From a bacterium (GTDB lineage Bacteria > Patescibacteriota > Minisyncoccia > CAIUEV01), in NCBI GenBank assembly GCA_021779255.1, contig JAJYBC010000003.1, positions 1 to 42,568 of the forward strand: a stretch of DNA of 42,568 nt. Direction: 5' to 3'. The translations under genes were made by a program, and so were the position numbers. Of this stretch, positions 37,095-42,568 are shown one piece after another (within the stretch, counting starts at the first letter, position 1; each line of letters begins with the position of its first letter). Below the pieces are notes generated by a model. That model was not told where the DNA came from, did no database searches, and saw only the letters and a list, made by a program, of their open reading frames with translations.

Positions 37095-38234
37095 CTATTT
37101 TTTAACTGTCAGATAATAACTTTTTTTGTCTAATTCTTTGAGACTAGTCAAAGTATATTTTTGGTCGGGCGATAATTTAGAAGATAATCGGCGCAACGCT
37201 ACGCCATCAACTTTCATCACCGAAAAAGGATCTTGGTTCCACTGTTTTAAGATATCCGCTACTTTGCCGGCATCATAACGATAAGTTTCTCGCAGGTTGC
37301 GTAAAATATTCCCTTGATCGGTAAAAAATTGCCCGATTTTTTCTTGTTCTAAATAAGCAGACAATTCCTTACTGATTTGCATAATTTCTTTTTCCAACTG
37401 ACTTTTTTGAACTTTCAGAGCAATAAACTTTTCGCTCAATTGTCGAATATCCTGCTCCTGTTTTTTATTTTCCGCTTTTTTAAATTTATGCGACCAGAAA
37501 GGACAAATTTTTTGATAATCGCACCAATCGCAAAGAGCGTTCATTCGCGGTTCAAAATTTTTATTTTCGGTAGCTTTTTCTACCTCCGTAATTGCTTTTA
37601 AAATATCTTGCTCGATTTGCTTTAAGTTGGCAGGGGTTCGCGTTGTTGAAAGACGTAAACCGTGACGTAAGTAGAAAAGCGATAACTTTATTTTGGTTGT
37701 ATCCTGAATTTTTTCGAAAAGCGATGGCCACTCTTTGAGAAAAGCTTTGAGATAAATACTGAGTTGTAAATCTTGGTCAATCTCTTTTTGAGGCGGAATC
37801 TTACGATTAGTTTTATAATCAATAATTTCAAAACCTTCGGCTATTCGATCGATCCGATCAATTGAACCACCCAATGTATGGTTTTGAATAGGCACTACAA
37901 AACGATATTCCAAGGTAATGGCTTTTTTTCGTTCCTCTTTCTCGATAGTTTGAAAATATTTTTGAATAATTTCCAAACCCTCCTGAAAAAGATTTTGACT
38001 GACCTCTTCTGGAAAATTTTTTTGCTCCCAATTGCGACTGAAATAGTCCAGAGTTTTTTCCTCGTCAGGCAAGCCTTTGACTGTCGGCGTATGAATAAAT
38101 TTCATTACGTCGTGAATTGTCGAACCAAAAATCTGCGCCGGCGAAGGAGGCGATTTTATCTTATCGATATGTTGGTATTTGTACTTAAGTGGGCAAAGAG
38201 CAAAAGTACTGAGAGCGGAGTAAGAGGAATGCAT
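37095..38234 (-). CDS. PD-(D/E)XK nuclease, RecB/AddB/Cas4-like, with probable Fe-S cysteines
   Basis: SYS.L..F..CP, G..IH, GSIDRID..IIDYKT, QL.IY and CDWC.Y...CP. Confidence 0.85.
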   Translation of the reverse strand: MHSSYSALSTFALCPLKYKYQHIDKIKSPPSPAQIFGSTIHDVMKFIHTPTVKGLPDEEKTLDYFSRNWEQKNFPEEVSQNLFQEGLEIIQKYFQTIEKEERKKAITLEYRFVVPIQNHTLGGSIDRIDRIAEGFEIIDYKTNRKIPPQKEIDQDLQLSIYLKAFLKEWPSLFEKIQDTTKIKLSLFYLRHGLRLSTTRTPANLKQIEQDILKAITEVEKATENKNFEPRMNALCDWCDYQKICPFWSHKFKKAENKKQEQDIRQLSEKFIALKVQKSQLEKEIMQISKELSAYLEQEKIGQFFTDQGNILRNLRETYRYDAGKVADILKQWNQDPFSVMKVDGVALRRLSSKLSPDQKYTLTSLKELDKKSYYLTVKK

Positions 38235-38280
38235 AAGGAAATAATTTTATAATTTTTAATTTAGAAAAATTGGAAACTCT

Positions 38281-39321
38281 TCACTTCTCTTCTTTTTTTA
38301 TCAAATCCAGCAAAAAAACACTGATGACGGCTGTTATTGGAATAGCCAAAATTAAGCCCGAAACACCGCCCATTTGAGCCCCGATTAGCATAGCAATGAT
38401 CACTGCTACCGGATCAATTCCTACCGCTTTATTCATCACCAAAGGAACCAAAATATGATTTTCTAACTGTTGAATTATCACGTACATAGCCAAAACAATC
38501 AATGCCAGAATAGGCCCGACACTGAAAGCCACTGCCACCCCGGCCACCGACGAAAGAATAGGGCCGACATAAGGAATAACCTCAAAAGCAAAAGCTAAGA
38601 TAGCCAAAAGTAAGGCATAAGGAACCCCTAAAATAGTCAGTCCCAAATAGACTAAAATGCCTACGCTGAAATTCAAAACCATCTGGCCCAAAAGCCAATA
38701 GCCCATTTTTTTCTGGATACGCTCCATCAGTAAAGTTGCGTATTCTTGGTGTTTTTCTGGGATAAAAGAACCTAAAAATTTACCCACACTTTTTTTCTGG
38801 ATACTTAGGTAAAAAGACAAAGAAAAAACAGCCAGAAAACCTAATATGCCACTCAAAAAAGATCCGGCTTGAGAAAAAATATTCCACCAACCGTCATTTA
38901 AATTATTACTAAGACTCGTTATTAAATGAGCTTTTTCTTGTTGAAATAATTCTCCACTACCAAAAATATATTGAAATTTTACTTGAAAAGAACTTAATTT
39001 ACTCAAATAGTTAGGTAAATTTTCCGTTAATTGATTCAACTGACCGCCTACGGCTGGTATCAAGAGGGTTAGAAAATAGATAAAACCGCCTCCGAAAATA
39101 ATATAAATAATCAAAGTCGCTATGCTTCTGGGCAAATAGAATCTTTCTAAGTAGTCCACTACGGGAGCAATGGCCGAAACGATAATAAAAGCCACAAAAA
39201 CCATCACCAAAACGTCTCTAATATAGTAAAGAAAAAAGATTCCCAGCAGAATCAGAATGGTACGAAAAATCGTGCCAGAATCAATAGAAATAATGTTGGC
39301 GGATTTCTGCGATAATTTCAT
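38281..39321 (-). CDS. AI-2E family transporter
   Basis: IPYVGP, IQQLENHILVP and G..GLILAIP; multiple TMs. ATG at 39321 preferred. Confidence 0.9.
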   Translation of the reverse strand: MKLSQKSANIISIDSGTIFRTILILLGIFFLYYIRDVLVMVFVAFIIVSAIAPVVDYLERFYLPRSIATLIIYIIFGGGFIYFLTLLIPAVGGQLNQLTENLPNYLSKLSSFQVKFQYIFGSGELFQQEKAHLITSLSNNLNDGWWNIFSQAGSFLSGILGFLAVFSLSFYLSIQKKSVGKFLGSFIPEKHQEYATLLMERIQKKMGYWLLGQMVLNFSVGILVYLGLTILGVPYALLLAILAFAFEVIPYVGPILSSVAGVAVAFSVGPILALIVLAMYVIIQQLENHILVPLVMNKAVGIDPVAVIIAMLIGAQMGGVSGLILAIPITAVISVFLLDLIKKEEK

Positions 39322-39382
39322 AAAAAAATTTATCGGATAACCAACGCATTCTAACACAAAAGATTAAAATAATAAAGAAGGA

Positions 39383-39399
39383 AGGGGCGAGCCGCCCCT
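39383..39399 (-). terminator. Hairpin AGGGGCG-3 nt-CGCCCCT after the signal peptidase stop
   Basis: 7-bp GC stem followed by a pyrimidine/T-rich tract on the minus strand. Confidence 0.5.
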
Positions 39400-39402
39400 C
39401 TC

Positions 39403-39981
39403 CTATCTCTCCGCTTTCCCTAGGATTTCCTTTTTGTCGATCAAACCAAAGCGAGTGGAATCGATAGATCCTTCAACTAAATTGCCCAGAACCAGATAGG
39501 CATTTGGTGGTATTTTCCCTTGATAATCTTTAATATAGAGAGCCAACATTTCTTTTTCTTTTTCTCCCAGTTCATACGTTTTTTGTTCACTGTTAACAAC
39601 AATTTGACCATCAATCTCTATTTGCCATTTTTCTTTGTCATTCTTCAAATCTAATTTATCCCCCGGTATGCCTTTGATTGTTTTTAAAAGAGGATTGTCA
39701 TTACCAGCATAGGAAAGGGCTATTAGATCTCCTCTCTGAACTTTATGACAATTATAATAACCTTTGAGAATTTTAATGTTAGCATTTTCTTCCACTAGTC
39801 CCGTCATGGATTTGCCTCTCACCGTACGAGTTTCCGTTTCAATCGGACAAGAAGACGATTGGTCCACACTTTTTTCAGCTACATTTTTATTAGCAAAAAA
39901 ATAAAAATAACCCGCCAAAATTATCGCGATCAATAAACAAATTATTCCTGATAACACTGCCTGATTTGATTTTAATTTCAT
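39403..39981 (-). CDS. lepB: Signal peptidase I (S26)
   Basis: TM anchor, GKSM (Ser), LLKTIKGIPGD (Lys) and VLGN..S.DS..FG. Confidence 0.8.
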   Translation of the reverse strand: MKLKSNQAVLSGIICLLIAIILAGYFYFFANKNVAEKSVDQSSSCPIETETRTVRGKSMTGLVEENANIKILKGYYNCHKVQRGDLIALSYAGNDNPLLKTIKGIPGDKLDLKNDKEKWQIEIDGQIVVNSEQKTYELGEKEKEMLALYIKDYQGKIPPNAYLVLGNLVEGSIDSTRFGLIDKKEILGKAER

Positions 39982-40020
39982 TATCGATTTTATTTTTTAA
40001 TTACTTGCGCGGACAGATTG

Positions 40021-40090
40021 ATACGGGCGGGTCGGTACGGGCGGGTCGGTACGGGCGGGTCGGTACGGGCGGGTCGCGACCCGCCCCTTC
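40021..40090. repeat. REP family B with one 14-bp arm repeated four times head-to-tail
   Basis: (A/G)TACGGGCGGGTCG at 40021, 40035, 40049 and 40063, then CGACCCGCCCCTTC. Confidence 0.95.
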
Positions 40091-40098
40091 TTACATTT

Positions 40099-42375
40099 TT
40101 ATATCCCGCATTCCACATTCAAACAATGATCGCCATCTTTGGTATGAAACAAGACCTGGCCACATTTAGGACATTTTTTATCCATTACCGGTTTGCCTTT
40201 GGCAATATATTTGCACTTAGGATATTGATTACAAGCATAAAAAGGACCACGACGTGAACGTTTTTCTACTAATTCGCCTTTACCGCATTCCGGACATTTG
40301 ATACCCAACTTTTTTTCAAACTTTTTAATAAATTTACATTTAGGATAATTACTGCAACCCATAAAACGACCGAAACGGCTTTGGCGTAAAACTAATGGTG
40401 ATCCGCATTCCGGACATTTTTCTTGACCAGCTTCCGCTTGCAATTTTTTTTCTTCCTCGTTAGCTTCGGTGTATTTACATTCCGGATAGCCGGAGCAAGC
40501 ATAAAAATTACCAAATTTACCAAATTTTTCAACCATCACCTTACCGCATTCCGGACAATTACGATCTAAAATTTTTTGAAATTTAGCTACTTCTTTTGTT
40601 TTTCGATCCAAATTTTCTTTAAAAGGATCATAAAATTCTCGAATAACCGGTATCCATTTTTTCTTGCCTTGAGCGATTTCATCCAAATCTTTTTCCATTT
40701 TAGCCGTAAAAGGGATTTCAACAATATTAGGGAAATGTTCCACTAAAATATCGTTGACAACGCAGCCTATCTCTTCGGGGAATAAACCTCCTCTTTCGTC
40801 TTTGGAAACATAGCTTCTTTCTTGAACGGTACTAATCGTTGGAGCGTAAGTGGATGGTCGACCGATACCATTTTCTTCCAAAGTCTTAATGAGTGTTGCT
40901 TCGGTATAGCGACCGGGCGGTTCGGTAAATTTTTGTTCTCCCAAAATTTTTTCTTTTTTGACTGTTTCTTGTTGAACTAGCTCGGGTAACAATTCCTCTT
41001 TTAAAACTTCCTTACCGAAAATTCGAAAAAAACCGTCAAAAGCGATTTGGGAACCACGCGATTGCAGCTCATAGAATCCTGCGGTAAAATTTACAATAGT
41101 GTTGTTAATCTCGGCATTGGCCATTTGAGAAGCAACCGTCCTTTCCCAAATCAAACGGTAAAGCCGGTACTGTTCTCCTGTCAAAGCCTGCTTAATTTTT
41201 TCCGGATCTTTTTCCACGTAAGTCGGTCTAATAGCCTCGTGAGCTTCCTGAGCTCCTTTGGCTTTCTGTCGAAAAAATCTTGGCTTATCCGGTAAATATT
41301 TTTGACCTAAATTTTGACTAACATATTTTTGAATAGAGCTCACCGCCAAAGAAGAAATATTCAGAGAATCCGTTCGCATATACGTTATTAATCCGACTCG
41401 TTTACCATCAACTTTTATACCTTCATAAAGTTGCTGCGCTACTCGCATAGTTCTTTTAGCCGGAAAACCAAAACGACGACCCGCCTCCTGTTGCAAAGTA
41501 CTGGTGCGAAAAGGCGGGGCAGGGGAACGAAGAGTTTTTTTCTGCTCGATATGACTCACTTTCATCTCCACTTGAGCCAAATCAGCGGTAATTATTTTAA
41601 TTTCTTCCTCTTTTTTTAAATCCAATCGAGCAATTTTTTTACCTTTAATCTTATTTAGCAAAGCAACATATCCTATTTCGGCCGTTTCCCGATTTAAATT
41701 TGCTACATCACCGGCTTTCTGGTTTTTAATGATTTCAACTTTAGTCAGAAAAGTTTTCTTATCTTCTTCTTTCTTTTTCTTATTCCAGACAACTCGAATT
41801 TTCCAATATTCTTCCGCCTTGAAATTTTCTCTTTCTCGTTCTCTTTCCACAATTAAACGAACTGCTACCGATTGAACTCGGCCGGCCGAAAGACCTTTTC
41901 GCACTTTTTTCCAAAGGAAAGGGGATAGTTGGTAGCCAACTAACCGATCGAGAATACGACGCGCTTGCTGAGCGTCAAAAAGATTTAAGTCAATCTCTCG
42001 AGGCTCGATTAAAGCTTTTTTGATGGCCGGTGGAGTAATTTCGTGAAAAGTAATCCTCTTGAAAATTAATTTTTTGTTTTTAGGAGCCAAAAGCTCTTTT
42101 AGATGGTATGCAATCGCTTCTCCTTCGCGGTCTTCATCGGTTGCCAGAATAATTTCTTGCGCTTTTTTGCTTTCTCTTTGGAGAATTCTAACATTTTTCG
42201 TCGCTTTAGGGGAAATAATATATTCCGGAGTAAAATCAGCCTTAACATCCACGCCTAAACGATCTTGAGGTAAATCACGCACATGGCCGAAAGAAGAAAG
42301 AACTTGATATTCTTTTTCTAGAAATCGACCGATGGTTCGCGCTTTAGTAGGGGATTCAACAATAACAAGACGCAT
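40099..42375 (-). CDS. topA: DNA topoisomerase I
   Basis: LVIVESPTKA, ATDEDREGEAI, SAGRVQS, ITYMRTD, QEAHEAIRPT and C-terminal C4 zinc ribbons. Confidence 0.98.
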   Translation of the reverse strand: MRLVIVESPTKARTIGRFLEKEYQVLSSFGHVRDLPQDRLGVDVKADFTPEYIISPKATKNVRILQRESKKAQEIILATDEDREGEAIAYHLKELLAPKNKKLIFKRITFHEITPPAIKKALIEPREIDLNLFDAQQARRILDRLVGYQLSPFLWKKVRKGLSAGRVQSVAVRLIVERERERENFKAEEYWKIRVVWNKKKKEEDKKTFLTKVEIIKNQKAGDVANLNRETAEIGYVALLNKIKGKKIARLDLKKEEEIKIITADLAQVEMKVSHIEQKKTLRSPAPPFRTSTLQQEAGRRFGFPAKRTMRVAQQLYEGIKVDGKRVGLITYMRTDSLNISSLAVSSIQKYVSQNLGQKYLPDKPRFFRQKAKGAQEAHEAIRPTYVEKDPEKIKQALTGEQYRLYRLIWERTVASQMANAEINNTIVNFTAGFYELQSRGSQIAFDGFFRIFGKEVLKEELLPELVQQETVKKEKILGEQKFTEPPGRYTEATLIKTLEENGIGRPSTYAPTISTVQERSYVSKDERGGLFPEEIGCVVNDILVEHFPNIVEIPFTAKMEKDLDEIAQGKKKWIPVIREFYDPFKENLDRKTKEVAKFQKILDRNCPECGKVMVEKFGKFGNFYACSGYPECKYTEANEEEKKLQAEAGQEKCPECGSPLVLRQSRFGRFMGCSNYPKCKFIKKFEKKLGIKCPECGKGELVEKRSRRGPFYACNQYPKCKYIAKGKPVMDKKCPKCGQVLFHTKDGDHCLNVECGI

Positions 42376-42447
42376 AGAAATGAAGATTAATGAATTAACC
42401 TAATTATCCTAATAATACTAATTTTTCTAAATAAAGACAATAATTTC

Positions 42448-42568
42448 TTATAGTCCCTCCTCTTCCAATTCTTCTAATAATTCTCTGGCTCTAGCGCTCA
42501 TTCGTGCTGGCATTTTGATTCTTACTTTGATAACTTCATCTCCTCTTCCTCTTTCTTCTTCTTCCCCA
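42448..42568 (-). CDS. dnaJ: 3' end of molecular chaperone DnaJ, truncated by the window edge
   Basis: Translates ...RGRGDEVIKVRIKMPARMSARARELLEELEEEGL*, typical of the DnaJ C-terminus. Confidence 0.7.
   Translation of the reverse strand, partial: GEEEERGRGDEVIKVRIKMPARMSARARELLEELEEEGL

Noticed and set aside
39966-40257. Short plus-strand ORFs with GRYGRVGTGGSVRA repeats, and ORFs 24988-25326, 28343-28651 and 36309-36611
   Set aside because: They are translations of REP palindromes or arrays, or overlap real genes; no independent coding evidence
41660-41790. Charged ~35-aa insertion in TopA as a REP or intein insertion
   Set aside because: No palindrome and no intein terminal motifs; looks like an ordinary variable loop
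854-42268. The many 60-160 aa ORFs nested in or antisense to long genes
   Set aside because: Shadow ORFs with no recognisable motifs, overlapping confidently assigned genes

Overview
AT-rich bacterial chromosomal segment. TGA is used as a stop and most genes lack an SD motif. The gene inventory (paired VirD4-like ATPases, 2-TM pilin-like fusions, stand-alone PduL, IleRS2, surface proteins with GYAWS/GWI and AW.EP..PP.GN motifs) suggests Patescibacteria/CPR (inference). 1-13.5 kb is a surface-glycan biosynthesis/export island: oxidoreductases, methyltransferases, glycosyltransferases, an epimerase and a Wzt-type ABC ATPase with a nonsense codon. It is interrupted by two defence-like accessory genes and shows duplication scars. 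13.5-27.7 kb holds speD, two VirD4/TraG-like ATPases, tRNA-Leu(TAA), an MNT-HEPN toxin-antitoxin pair, two paralogous pilin-like proteins fused to HExxH metallopeptidase-like domains, and a GT-C glycosyltransferase. 27.7-42.6 kb holds pduL, ileS, ftsW, lemA, surface proteins, a REP-associated tyrosine transposase (RAYT), a PD-(D/E)XK nuclease, an AI-2E transporter, signal peptidase I, topA and the 3' end of dnaJ. Two signals stand out. (i) A RAYT/REP system with two 28-bp palindrome families; in one family a single arm of the palindrome is tandemly amplified up to the symmetry centre at two independent loci, once in frame inside a gene. (ii) The pilin-metallopeptidase paralog pair beside the VirD4-like ATPases. 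All functional calls come from motif recognition by eye; no database search was run.
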